Shown here: positions 29,242 through 38,347 of the stretch, one piece after another
Layout: every line of letters begins with the position of its first letter
Position numbering within the stretch: the first letter of the stretch is position 1
DNA from: an uncultured Fibrobacteraceae bacterium
GTDB lineage: Bacteria; Krumholzibacteriota; Krumholzibacteriia; LZORAL124-64-63
DNA: 62,225 nt
Direction of reading: 5' to 3'
Assembly: GCA_964549735.1 (NCBI GenBank)
Contig: CAZJWO010000004.1
Coordinates: 1 to 62,225 of the forward strand
The notes under the pieces: generated by a model
What the model saw: the letters and a program-made list of their open reading frames with translations, nothing else
What the model was told of the DNA's origin: nothing
Databases searched by the model: none
Position numbers and translations under genes: made by a program

Positions 29242-30134
29242 GCGACGTGCTGAACTTCGGCCTCGCGGATCTGGTCACGCTCGACAGGCTCATCGCGATC
29301 GTGCAGGCGGCCTTCATCGTCCTGATCGGCTGGCTCATCGCGCGCACGGTCTCGGCGCTGGTCTGGCGCATCGCCCAGCGGCGCTCGACCGCCCAGGGCG
29401 CCATGCTCATGCGCCGCCTCGTCTTCTATCCCCTGATCCTGCTGACCCTGATGGCGGCATTGAACCAGCTCGGCTTCAAGCTCGGCGTCCTGCTGGGGGC
29501 GGCGGGCATCCTGACCGTGGCCATCGGCTTCGCCTCGCAGACGTCGGCCAGCAACCTGATCAGCGGCCTGTTCCTGATCGTCGAGAGGCCGTTCGTCGTG
29601 GGCGACGTCATCCAGGTCGAGGGCATCACCGGCGAGGTCCTGAGCGTCGACCTGCTGTCGGTCAAGCTGCGCACCTTCGACAATCTCTACGTGCGGGTGC
29701 CCAACGAGTCGATCATCAAGTCGCGGGTGACCAACAACACCTACTTCCCGATCCGCCGCTACGACATGCAGGTCGGTGTCGCGTACAAGGAAGATCTGGA
29801 TCGCGTGCGAGGGATCCTGATGGAGGTCGCCGACGCGAACCCGCTCGTGCTCATCGATCCGCGACCGCTGTTCATCTTCCAGGGTTTCGGCGAGAGCTCG
29901 CTGGACATGCAGCTTTCGGTCTGGGCCAAGCGCGAGAACTTCCTCGAGATGCGCAACCAGATGCACCTGCAGGTCAAGGCGGCGTTCGACGCCCACGGCG
30001 TCGAGATCCCGTTCCCGCACCGCACGTTCTACACCGGCAGCGAGTGCGCGCCGCTGCCCGTGCGGCTGGTCGCCGAGGGCGTGGGCAAGAGCGAAGGCGT
30101 CGAGCCGGACGACCGGCCGCCGGCCGGCGTCTGA
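29238..30134 (+). CDS. mscS: Small-conductance mechanosensitive channel (MscS family)
   Basis: Three TMs; 'AIGFASQTSASNLISGLFLIVERPFVVGDVIQV', 'VPN', 'IPFPHRT'. Confidence 0.92.
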   Translation: MSDVLNFGLADLVTLDRLIAIVQAAFIVLIGWLIARTVSALVWRIAQRRSTAQGAMLMRRLVFYPLILLTLMAALNQLGFKLGVLLGAAGILTVAIGFASQTSASNLISGLFLIVERPFVVGDVIQVEGITGEVLSVDLLSVKLRTFDNLYVRVPNESIIKSRVTNNTYFPIRRYDMQVGVAYKEDLDRVRGILMEVADANPLVLIDPRPLFIFQGFGESSLDMQLSVWAKRENFLEMRNQMHLQVKAAFDAHGVEIPFPHRTFYTGSECAPLPVRLVAEGVGKSEGVEPDDRPPAGV

Positions 30135-30156
30135 CGTCGGATGTCTGACGTCCGAG

Positions 30157-31041
30157 CTACCGTCGCCGCCCGACGAGCGCGGCGGCGATCCCGCCGAGGA
30201 TCATGCTGGCCGCCACCAGGAAGCGCAGCCCCAGCGCCTCGCCCAGCAGCAGCGCCCCGCCGACGGCGGCCAAGACCGGCGCCGAGAGCTGGACCGTGGC
30301 CGCCGCCGTGGTCGCCAGCCAGGGCAGCGCCGCGTACCAGGCCACGTAGCCCAGGCCCGAGGCCAGGGCTCCCGAGAGCACGGCGAGCACCAGGCCGCGA
30401 GGCGTGGCGTGCAGCGACGCGCCCAGCAGGACGAGCAGCGCGAGGGCGGGCACGGCCGCCAGCGCGAAGTTGGTGGCCGTCGCGCGCAGCGGCTCGGCGG
30501 CGCCGCGACCGCGCAGGGAGTAGACGCCCCAGGCCACGCCGGCCAGGGCCATCAGCAGCGCGCCGCGCACGGGCGGCGCCGCCAGGCCGGGCGCGGTGAG
30601 TACGACCAGCCCCCCGATCGCCAGCGCAACCCCGGCCCAGCCCATCGGCCGCAGCCGCTCGCCACGGCGGAGGCCCCAGGCGAGCATCGTGGCCTGGACC
30701 AGGGCGAAGAGCAGCAGCGCGCCGGTGGCCGCGTTCAGGTCGCGGTAGGCGAACGAGAAGGCCAGCGCGTAGACCAGCAGCATCGCCGCTGCGGCGATGT
30801 CCAGGCGGCTGGCTGGGCGCATCCCATCCCGCGGCAGGCCCACGAGCAGGGCCAGGCAGACGGCGCCCGAGCCCAGGCGCACGGCGGTGAAGGCCATCGC
30901 ATCGATCGCGCCAGTGCCGAGGGCGAGCCGGCAGAGCACGGAGTTCATGGCGAAGGCCGTCATGGCGAAGGCGACCAGCGCGAAGAGACGCGCGCGGCCA
31001 GGCGGCGGCAGGTTCCGGTGGCGGCGGTCGTTCGCGGGCAT
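30157..31041 (-). CDS. DMT/EamA family transporter
   Basis: About ten hydrophobic segments; 'FAMNSVLCRLAL', 'GALASGLGYVAWY', 'VQLSAPVLA'. Confidence 0.88.
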   Translation of the reverse strand: MPANDRRHRNLPPPGRARLFALVAFAMTAFAMNSVLCRLALGTGAIDAMAFTAVRLGSGAVCLALLVGLPRDGMRPASRLDIAAAAMLLVYALAFSFAYRDLNAATGALLLFALVQATMLAWGLRRGERLRPMGWAGVALAIGGLVVLTAPGLAAPPVRGALLMALAGVAWGVYSLRGRGAAEPLRATATNFALAAVPALALLVLLGASLHATPRGLVLAVLSGALASGLGYVAWYAALPWLATTAAATVQLSAPVLAAVGGALLLGEALGLRFLVAASMILGGIAAALVGRRR

Positions 31042-31220
31042 GGTTCCTGCCAGGCTCTCGTCCGGGCGCGGCGCGGTTTTCGATTGACCGCGGCCCGCGC
31101 TCTCCGTGCACTATCGCTGTGGAATCCTCTACACCACACCGCCCCGGCGGTCGATGAGGAAATCCGGGCCGGCCGACCGCGTCGCCGCCAGTCGCAGGAC
31201 CCGCAACCGAGGATAGGACC

Positions 31221-31904
31221 ATGCACAAGTACGTCATCATGGGCGTCCAGGGCTGCGGCAAGGGCACGCAGGCCAAGCTGCTGGCCGCCGACTTCGATCT
31301 GGTGCACATCTCGGTCGGCGACATCTTCCGCTGGCATATCCAGAGCCACACCAAGCTGGCGGCGCGCATCCGGCGCATCGTCGACGCGGGGCAGCTCGTG
31401 CCGGACGACATCGTGGCCGACATCGTCCACGCCCGCCTCGAGGAGCACGACTGGAACTACGGCTTCATCCTCGACGGTTTCCCGCGCAACCACCACCAGG
31501 CGCAGTTCTTCCTCGAGAGCTACGACATCGACGCGGTCATCAACATCGAGGTCTCCGACGCGGTCGTCATGGAGCGCGTGCTGTCGCGCCGCATCTGCGC
31601 CTCCTGCGGCGTCGACTACAACCTGATCTACCACCGGCCCGCCGTGCCCAACCGCTGCGACATGTGCGGCGGCGAGCTGATCGCGCGCGCGGACGACAAC
31701 GAGGAGGCCGTGCGCAAGCGCCTGGCCGACTTCCACGCGCAGACCAGCCCGGTGCTGGCGCTGTTCGCGCGCAAGGAGCTGGTGGTGACGGTGGACGGGA
31801 CCAAGCCGGTCGTGGAGGTGCAGGGGTTGATCCGGCGCGGGTTGCGGTTGCCGGCGGCAGCGTCGGCGAAGGGGGCGGCGCCGACGTCCGACGACGCGGC
31901 CTGA
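31221..31904 (+). CDS. adk: Adenylate kinase family protein with Zn-LID
   Basis: 'GVQGCGKGTQ', 'HISVGDIFR', 'GQLVPD', 'FILDGFPR', LID 'RRICASC...CDMCGGELIARADD'. Confidence 0.85.
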   Translation: MHKYVIMGVQGCGKGTQAKLLAADFDLVHISVGDIFRWHIQSHTKLAARIRRIVDAGQLVPDDIVADIVHARLEEHDWNYGFILDGFPRNHHQAQFFLESYDIDAVINIEVSDAVVMERVLSRRICASCGVDYNLIYHRPAVPNRCDMCGGELIARADDNEEAVRKRLADFHAQTSPVLALFARKELVVTVDGTKPVVEVQGLIRRGLRLPAAASAKGAAPTSDDAA

Positions 31905-32083
31905 GTACTGAGCGGAAGCCGGCCGCTGTGAGAAGAGATCGGCGGCGTGCTCCCAATCGACAGTCAGGCAGGTGCGCAGCATTGGCTTCGGCAGGCTGCG
32001 CCGTGCCAGACTCGGGACGCCGTAACGGCCACGTGGACAAGGGACAGAGACAAGGCCATCGTCGACGTCTGGATCAGCCAGAG

Positions 32084-32112
32084 TTGACATCATGTGCCCA
32101 AACCATTATATT
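32084..32112 (+). promoter_or_regulatory. Sigma70 promoter giving a probably leaderless transcript
   Basis: TTGACA (32084-32089), 17 bp, TATATT (32107-32112); ATG at 32120 with no SD. Confidence 0.7.
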
Positions 32113-32119
32113 CTCATTC

Positions 32120-32614
32120 ATGAGAAGTCGTATCGCAGCGTTGAATGCCCCGCTCGGGCCGGCCATCCGGCGGCTCCGCAAGGCCAAGGGATTGTCCCTG
32201 AAGCAACTGGCCGTCAAGGTCGGCACAAGCGAGTCGGCTATGCATCGCTACGAGAGCGGCTGGGATCGCTTCGAGATACGGACCCTACGTCGCCTCGCCG
32301 AGGCCCTGGACGCCACGCTGGAGATCCGCCTCGAAAAGCGGTCCGACGCCGACGATCCGCGCGACGCCCGCGATCTCGCCCGCGGGATCGCATCTCTGTT
32401 CTGGGATGTGGATCTTCAGCCCCATCATCTGCGGGACAACTCCGACTGGGTGTTGCGCCGAGTTCTCGAGTTCGGCGACCTCGACCAGAACCGGTGGGTC
32501 CGCAGGTACTTCGGCGATGACGCCATCGCCCGGGCAGCGCAACATCGGAGCATGAATCCACGCGTGGGTCGATTCTGGGAAGTCGTCTTGCAAGCGAAGA
32601 GGGTCTCCACATGA
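32120..32614 (+). CDS. XRE-family HTH fused to DUF6922-like domain (putative antitoxin)
   Basis: 'IRRLRKAKGLSLKQLAVKVGTSESAMHRYESG' HTH; 'LFWDVD...DWVLRRVLEFGD' DUF6922-like. Confidence 0.8.
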   Translation: MRSRIAALNAPLGPAIRRLRKAKGLSLKQLAVKVGTSESAMHRYESGWDRFEIRTLRRLAEALDATLEIRLEKRSDADDPRDARDLARGIASLFWDVDLQPHHLRDNSDWVLRRVLEFGDLDQNRWVRRYFGDDAIARAAQHRSMNPRVGRFWEVVLQAKRVST

Positions 32615-33231
32615 ACCCCAGGGTTCTGCCCGCCGAGGCCTGGGCCGTGGTCAAGCGCCTGGACCGCGAGGGATTGCTGGCCGACTGGATCCTGGCCGGC
32701 GGCACGGCGCTCGCCCTCCAATTCGGGCATCGCGTCTCGCTCGACCTCGATTTCTTCAGCTACGACGCCTTCGACCTGCCGACCCTGCGCATGTCGCTCG
32801 CGAAGCTCGGTCAGCTGGAAGTTCAGTCGATGGCCGCCGGAACCCTGCACACGCGGCTGGACGGAGTGTTCCTGACCTTCCTGCGATCCGAGGTCCCTTT
32901 CCTGTACGAGCCGGTGCCTTATCGAGGCCTCCGCCTGGCCGATGTGCGCGACATCGCGGCGATGAAAGTCATCGCCGTCGCCGGCCGCGGCAGCAAGAAG
33001 GACTTCGTCGACCTGCACGCCTACTTCGAATCCGGCGCCACCTTCGGCGACCTGATGGCCATCGTCCAGCAGCGCTACGCGGGCACCGACTTCAACCCCA
33101 TGCACCTGCTGCGCAGTCTCATCTACTTCGACGACGCCGAGGCCGAACCCATGCCGAGGATGCTCACGAAGGTGGATTGGCCCCGGATCAGGCGCCGGTT
33201 GGAAGTCGAGGTCAGGAACTGGGCTCCCTGA
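32611..33231 (+). CDS. AbiEii-family nucleotidyltransferase (putative type IV TA toxin)
   Basis: 'LAGGTALALQFGHRVSLDLDFF', 'DIAAMKVIAVAGRGSKKDFVDL'; ATGA overlap. Confidence 0.88.
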   Translation: MNPRVLPAEAWAVVKRLDREGLLADWILAGGTALALQFGHRVSLDLDFFSYDAFDLPTLRMSLAKLGQLEVQSMAAGTLHTRLDGVFLTFLRSEVPFLYEPVPYRGLRLADVRDIAAMKVIAVAGRGSKKDFVDLHAYFESGATFGDLMAIVQQRYAGTDFNPMHLLRSLIYFDDAEAEPMPRMLTKVDWPRIRRRLEVEVRNWAP

Positions 33232-33388
33232 CGTATCGGCTGGCGATCGCGGCGAGCGCCTGAGGTGCGGCGGATCGGGCTGAAGGGTGGTATGCTCTGG
33301 CGGGCCGGGTCCCCGCGGACGGGCGCCCTTCTGGGACATCGGCCGGCCCGCCGATCCGCCACCGCTACCCCAACCGGAGCCTCGACCG

Positions 33389-33877
33389 ATGCCGCACGAT
33401 CGATCACCGGCCGTCCAGGACCACTACCCCGAAGATGTCGCCCACTGTTACGGCTGCGGCCGCCTGAATCCCGACGGCTTGCAGCTCAAGACGCGTTGGG
33501 ACGGTGAAGAGACGGTCGCGCGGTTCACGCCGCGCCCCGCGCACACCGCGATGCCGGGCTTCGTCTACGGCGGATTGCTGGCCTCGCTCATCGACTGCCA
33601 TGCCATGGGCACCGCGGCGGCAGCCGCCGAGCGCGCCGCCGGCCGCGAGATCGGCGACGGCCTGGCGCCGCGGTACGTGACCGCCTCGCTCCAGGTGCTC
33701 TACCGGCGGCCGACGCCGCTGGGGCCGGAACTGGAGCTCCGCGGCCGCGTGCTGGAGCTGGGCGAGCGCAAGGCCGTCGTGGCGGTCACGATCGCGGCCG
33801 CCGGCGAGGTCACCGTCACCGGCGAGGTCGTCGCCGTGCGCTTGCCGGCGGCGATGTCCCGCGGCAACGGTTCCTGA
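33389..33877 (+). CDS. PaaI-like hotdog-fold thioesterase
   Basis: 'CYGCGRLNPDGL', 'GFVYGGLLASLIDCH', 'VTASLQVLYRRPTP'. Confidence 0.85.
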   Translation: MPHDRSPAVQDHYPEDVAHCYGCGRLNPDGLQLKTRWDGEETVARFTPRPAHTAMPGFVYGGLLASLIDCHAMGTAAAAAERAAGREIGDGLAPRYVTASLQVLYRRPTPLGPELELRGRVLELGERKAVVAVTIAAAGEVTVTGEVVAVRLPAAMSRGNGS

Positions 33878-33891
33878 GCGGTTCCAGCAGG

Positions 33892-33920
33892 TTGCGCCGA
33901 GGATTGCGCTGTGCTAGTGT
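33892..33920 (+). promoter_or_regulatory. Possible sigma70 promoter for vgrG
   Basis: TTGCGC (33892-33897), 17 bp, TG-c-TAGTGT (33915-33920), i.e. an extended -10. Confidence 0.35.
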
Positions 33921-33986
33921 CCTGCCAAATCACTCCTGTATCTTCGCGTTCCGTGCGATCGCCCGACTCCAACCACGGGATGAACC

Positions 33987-36077
33987 ATGGCGTTCGAGCA
34001 GGATAACCGGATCTGCCAGATGGCGGCGTCCTCTGGCCTTGATCGTTTCATGGTGCGCCGTTTCCAGGGCCGCGAGGCCGTGAGCGAACCGTTCCGTTTC
34101 GACCTGGATCTCGTCGCGCCGGATCTGGAGACCGATCTCGCCAAGCTGCTGGGCGCTTCGGTCACCTTCGAGGTGCTGCTGGAATCGGGCGTCCGCCGGC
34201 CGTTCAACGGCGTGGTCGACCAGGTGCGCCAGGTGGAGGCCGACCTCACCGGCGCGGTCTATCGCCTGCGGCTCGTGCCCTGGACCCGGCTGCTCGAGCT
34301 GCACACGAATTGCCGCATCTTCCAGGCTCTGACGGTGCCCGACATCGTCGACAAGGTGCTCGCGGACCATGGCGCCCAGGATGTCGCCTGGCGGCTCGAG
34401 GGGACGTACCAGCCGCGCGTGCTCTGCGTCCAGTACCGCGAGAGCGACTGGGCGTTCATCTCGCGCCTGCTCGAGGACGAGGGCATCGCCTACCACTTCG
34501 AGCACGAGGACGGGCGCCACGTCCTGGTCTTCGGCGACGCGCCCGGACAGCGGCAGGCCTGTCCCGAACAGCCGACGGCGCTCTTCCGCACCGCGCAGGA
34601 CGGCGGTCAGGCCGCCGACGGCAGGCTGCACGACATCGTGCAGGAGTTCCGGCTCGAGCGTTCGCTCGTCACGGGGCGCCGGCTGCTTTCCGACTTCAAC
34701 TACCTCGATCCGGGCGCCAGCCTGCAAGCGGCGGCCGCGGCCGAACTGGCCGTCGCCGCGAGCAAGGAGCTGGAAGACTTCGAGTACCCTGGCGGCTTCG
34801 TCAAGCTGGGCGCCGAGGATGACGCGAAGCTGCCGCTCGGCGAGGGCCTGGCCGCCGTGCGCGCCGAGGCCCTCGACGCGCGCACGCTCCTGGCGCAGGG
34901 CGAGTCGAACTGCCGCGGCCTGCAGGCGGGATGCACCTTCGAGCTGCTGAATCACCTGCGCAAGGACTGCAACATCTCGTGGCTGCTGCTGGCGGTCGAA
35001 CATGCGCTCGACCAGTCGGCGGTGCTGTCGACGACCGCCGGCGGCGAACCGCGCTACGCCAACTCGCTGCGCTGCCTGCCGGCCGCGATCCCGTTCCGGC
35101 CGGCGCGCCACACGCCGCGGCCGGTCGTGCGCGGTCCGCAGACGGCCATCGTGACCGGGCCGTCCGGCGAGGAGATCCACACCGACAAGCACGGCCGCGT
35201 CAAGGTCGCCTTCCACTGGGACCGCTACGCGCCGCGCGACGGCGGCGACACCTGCTGGGTGCGGGTCGCGCACGGCTGGGCGGGCGCGGGATGGGGCCTG
35301 CAGTTCACGCCGCGCATCGGCCAGGAAGTGGTCGTCGAGTTCCTCGAGGGCGATCCCGATCGGCCGCTGATCACCGGCAGCGTCTACAACGGCAAGAACG
35401 CCATCCCCTTCAAGCCGGCGACGCAGAGCGGGATCCGCACGCGCAGCTCCAAGGACGGCAGCGCTGCGAACTGCAACGAGATCCGCTTCGAGGACAAGAA
35501 GGGCAGCGAGGACCTCTTCATCCAGGCCGAACGCACGCAGACCATCAACGTCAAGGCGTCCCAGACCTCGACGATCGGCACCGACCAGAGCCTGAGCGTC
35601 GGCAAGGATCGCAGCGTCAACGTCGAGAAGAACGAAGCGGTCAACATCGGCAGCAACCAGAGCGTGTCGATCGGCAGCAAGCAGAGCGTGTCGGTCGGCG
35701 GCGAACAGAGCGTGTCGGTCGGCAAGAACCGCTCGCTGGCCGTCAGCAAGGACCTCGCGAACTCGGTCGGCGGCAACCAGGCCGACGATGTCGGCGGGGC
35801 GCGCAGCACGGCCGTCGCCAAGGACGACAACCTGAGCGTCGGCGGCGGCTACACGGTCGACGTCAAGAAGGACGGCGCGCTCAAGACGGGCAAGACGCTG
35901 ACGCTCGAGGCCGCCGAGGCCATCACGATCAAGGTCGGCAAGGCCTCGGTCACGCTCAAGAAAGACGGCACGATCACGATCGACGGCAAGGACATCAGCC
36001 TGAAGGGCTCCGGCAAGGTCAACGTCAAGGCCTCGTCGGACGTGACCATCAAGGGTTCGAAGGTCCAGTCGAACTGA
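33987..36077 (+). CDS. vgrG: T6SS spike protein VgrG
   Basis: 'GREAVSEPFRFDL', 'CVQYRESDWAFISRLLEDEGI', 'GPQTAIVTGPSGEEIHTDKHGRVKV', 'PRIGQEVVVEFLEGDPDRP', 'NEIRFEDKKGSE'; gp5-like C-terminal repeats. Confidence 0.96.
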   Translation: MAFEQDNRICQMAASSGLDRFMVRRFQGREAVSEPFRFDLDLVAPDLETDLAKLLGASVTFEVLLESGVRRPFNGVVDQVRQVEADLTGAVYRLRLVPWTRLLELHTNCRIFQALTVPDIVDKVLADHGAQDVAWRLEGTYQPRVLCVQYRESDWAFISRLLEDEGIAYHFEHEDGRHVLVFGDAPGQRQACPEQPTALFRTAQDGGQAADGRLHDIVQEFRLERSLVTGRRLLSDFNYLDPGASLQAAAAAELAVAASKELEDFEYPGGFVKLGAEDDAKLPLGEGLAAVRAEALDARTLLAQGESNCRGLQAGCTFELLNHLRKDCNISWLLLAVEHALDQSAVLSTTAGGEPRYANSLRCLPAAIPFRPARHTPRPVVRGPQTAIVTGPSGEEIHTDKHGRVKVAFHWDRYAPRDGGDTCWVRVAHGWAGAGWGLQFTPRIGQEVVVEFLEGDPDRPLITGSVYNGKNAIPFKPATQSGIRTRSSKDGSAANCNEIRFEDKKGSEDLFIQAERTQTINVKASQTSTIGTDQSLSVGKDRSVNVEKNEAVNIGSNQSVSIGSKQSVSVGGEQSVSVGKNRSLAVSKDLANSVGGNQADDVGGARSTAVAKDDNLSVGGGYTVDVKKDGALKTGKTLTLEAAEAITIKVGKASVTLKKDGTITIDGKDISLKGSGKVNVKASSDVTIKGSKVQSN
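35570..35880 (+). repeat. VgrG gp5-like octapeptide beta-helix repeats (24-bp period)
   Basis: CAGAGCGTGTCG at 35658, 35682 and 35706; peptide units such as SVGKDRSV, SIGSKQSV, SVGGEQSV. Confidence 0.8.
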
Positions 36078-36114
36078 GGCGGCCCGGCGGCCGCCGCGGT
36101 GGGAGAATCGCGGC

Positions 36115-36621
36115 GTGAAGAAGAAGCACGGCAGGGAAGAGATCGCGCGCGAGCCGACCGCCGAGGAACCCGCGCGCGGCGTGCTCGAGGAGATCCTCGC
36201 CACGTCGTCGCCGGGCGTCCGGCGCGTCGGGCTGGTCATCGGGCGGTTCTGCGGTCGCGACGAGGCCGGCGCGCCGCTCGTCGATTTTCCCGGCAACCCG
36301 CTCTCGTCGCCGCTGCCGGCGCGCAGCACGGTCGCACTGAGCGACAGCGACGCCGGCCGCCCGCTCGCGCTGCTCTTCGAGGACGGTCAGCTGCGGCTGC
36401 CGGTCGTCGTGGGCGTACTTCAACCGGACGCGCCGGCCGCGACGGCCACCGTCGACGGTCGCGAGGTCGTGCTGGAGGGCAAGGAGCGCGTCGAGCTGCG
36501 CTGCGGCAAGGCGAAGATCGTCCTGACCAAGGACGGCAAGGTCCTCGTCAAGGGCACCGACATCCTGAGCCGCTCCGAGGGGCCGAACCGTCTGAAGGGC
36601 GCCTCGATCCAGCTCAACTGA
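36115..36621 (+). CDS. DUF6484 family T6SS spike-associated protein
   Basis: 'PLALLFEDGQLRLPVVVG', 'VDGREVVLEGKERVELRCGKAKIVLTKDGKVLVKG'; directly after vgrG. Confidence 0.8.
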   Translation: MKKKHGREEIAREPTAEEPARGVLEEILATSSPGVRRVGLVIGRFCGRDEAGAPLVDFPGNPLSSPLPARSTVALSDSDAGRPLALLFEDGQLRLPVVVGVLQPDAPAATATVDGREVVLEGKERVELRCGKAKIVLTKDGKVLVKGTDILSRSEGPNRLKGASIQLN

Positions 36622-36650
36622 CCCGCCGACCGGCGGCCGGGAGCGCGACC

Positions 36651-37769
36651 GTGAACCTGCCTCGCCCGCAACTCCTGCTGCCGATCCTCGCCCAGCACTT
36701 CACTGAGCTCGATGTCCTGTGGGAGCGGCGCGAGGCTGCCGTCGCTGATCCTGCGGCGACCGCGCGAGAACTGGCCGACATCGAGCGGCGCGCGCAGCGG
36801 CACCTCGAGGGGCTGCTGCTGGGCCAGGGGCACGCGTTGGACCTGGCGCGGCCGGCGCTCCAGGGCGAGGAGCGCGGGGCGGCCACGGCCGCGTCGTTCG
36901 TCATGCTCGACCTCGGCCCTGCCGAACTGCGCGCCGAGTTGATCGCGGCGCTGGCGGCCGCCGGGCCCGAAGCCGCGCACGGCATCCGCATCGCGCTACG
37001 CCACCGCGACGTCGCCGATCTCGAACCGCGGTTGCGGGAGCTGGCCGCCGCGGCCTCGCCGCTGGCGCGCGCCTGCGCCTGCGACGTGCTGGCGTTCCAG
37101 CGCCGCGACCCGGTCGCGTCGGTGCGCGAGCTGCTCGACGTCGACGACGAGGAGATTCGCGCGCTGGCGATCGGCTGTCTCGGGCGGTGGGGCGGACCCT
37201 GGACCGCCGACGATCTGCGCGCGCAGCTCGCCGCGCCCGGCACGGCGCGAGCGCACCGGGCCGCACTGGAGACCTCGGCCCGGGTGGCGCTGCCGGGACT
37301 GCTCGAGATCTGCCGCGAGGCGGCGTACCGCCAGGACGAGCCGTCGCTGGAGGCGTTGCGGTTCCTCGGCGTGATCGGCGATGAGGGTGAGATTCCGCGG
37401 TTGCAGCGGGTCGTGGCAGACGCGGCCGCCGCGGATCAGCCAGATTCGCCCGCACTCGCGCGGGGCGCCGCGGCGCTGGCGGCGCTGGGCGCGCTCGGTT
37501 CGCCGCAGGGCGTGCCGATCCTGCTCGCCGCCCTGGAGAAAACGCTGCTGGCGCACGCGGCCGCGGCCGCGTTCCTGCGCATCACCGGCGCCGCGGACGT
37601 CAAGGGCGAGCCGGTGCCGCCGCCGCCGTCACTGGACGCCGAGGCCGCGGAGTTCTGGGACGAGCATGTCGAGGTCGACCCGGTGCTGGCGCGGCGGTGG
37701 TGGCAGGAGCACGGCGGGCGCTTCGCGCCGGCGGCGCGGTGGCAGGCAGGGGTGGCGGTGGAGGGGTGA
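36651..37769 (+). CDS. TIGR02270 family HEAT-repeat T6SS accessory protein
   Basis: GTG 36651; 'QHFTELDVLWERR...RHLEGL', 'AAAAFLRITGA', 'RRWWQEHGGRF...GV'; gene context. Confidence 0.75.
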   Translation: MNLPRPQLLLPILAQHFTELDVLWERREAAVADPAATARELADIERRAQRHLEGLLLGQGHALDLARPALQGEERGAATAASFVMLDLGPAELRAELIAALAAAGPEAAHGIRIALRHRDVADLEPRLRELAAAASPLARACACDVLAFQRRDPVASVRELLDVDDEEIRALAIGCLGRWGGPWTADDLRAQLAAPGTARAHRAALETSARVALPGLLEICREAAYRQDEPSLEALRFLGVIGDEGEIPRLQRVVADAAAADQPDSPALARGAAALAALGALGSPQGVPILLAALEKTLLAHAAAAAFLRITGAADVKGEPVPPPPSLDAEAAEFWDEHVEVDPVLARRWWQEHGGRFAPAARWQAGVAVEG

Positions 37770-37786
37770 TCGATCGCCACCGAGCG

Positions 37787-38347
37787 TCACTCGGCCAATT
37801 CCTGAGCGGCGAACGCTAGGCCAGTGATGCCCGCAGCCTCGATCGCCCGTACGATCTCCTCATGCGCGACGATCTGCACCGGCATCTCGGCGAGGACGAA
37901 CAAGCGGAAATCGCCGATTTTCGTTTCATCGAGCACGAGCGAGTCGAAGCCGATGATATCCGTCTCGCTACCGGCAGCGTAGATCGCGCGAGACTTGACA
38001 TGGTCCACACAAGCGACCTTGCCAACGACGTTGACGACATGGAACTGCGTGTGGATCTCGCCGGTGACGGTGTTGTGAATCGTGCAAGGAAAGGACTCGA
38101 TGTTGTCGACACCGTTGGCCGCCAAGAGCTGGAGCAGTCTGGTCGAAAGCACTCGCCCCCTACCGGTCAACAGCACGTTGTCGGTCAAGTTGCCTTGTGA
38201 TCGTTCATTCATCTTGATGAGGATCGGCGGGACGCCGCCGGCGATCCGTCCACCGGTGTAGAACGAGAGCCCCAGATCCGGGGGCCACCCGCCGTAGATG
38301 AACGCATCGCCATCGTTCTTGTCGTTTTCCCAAAGATAGTATCGCAT
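37787..38347 (-). CDS. Putative immunity protein (Imm11/DUF1629-like)
   Basis: 'LSTRLLQLL...IESFPCTI...FHVVNVVGKVACVD...LVLDETKI...LFVLAE...IVRAIEAAGITG'; TGATG coupling to the toxin stop. Confidence 0.75.
   Translation of the reverse strand: MRYYLWENDKNDGDAFIYGGWPPDLGLSFYTGGRIAGGVPPILIKMNERSQGNLTDNVLLTGRGRVLSTRLLQLLAANGVDNIESFPCTIHNTVTGEIHTQFHVVNVVGKVACVDHVKSRAIYAAGSETDIIGFDSLVLDETKIGDFRLFVLAEMPVQIVAHEEIVRAIEAAGITGLAFAAQELAE

Noticed and set aside
33881-33948. GTTCCAGCA (33881-33889) and ATCTTCGCG (33940-33948) upstream of vgrG match parts of the 42-kb inverted repeat and its flank
   Set aside because: Only 9-mers, split by 50 bp, and the ATCTTCGCG core also occurs inside coding regions (near 3630 and 53980), so chance is sufficient; kept only as a weak hint for a shared regulator.
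35570-35880. 24-bp periodic repeats as a possible CRISPR or VNTR
   Set aside because: They are in-frame octapeptide repeats of the VgrG beta-helix, with no spacers and no cas genes.
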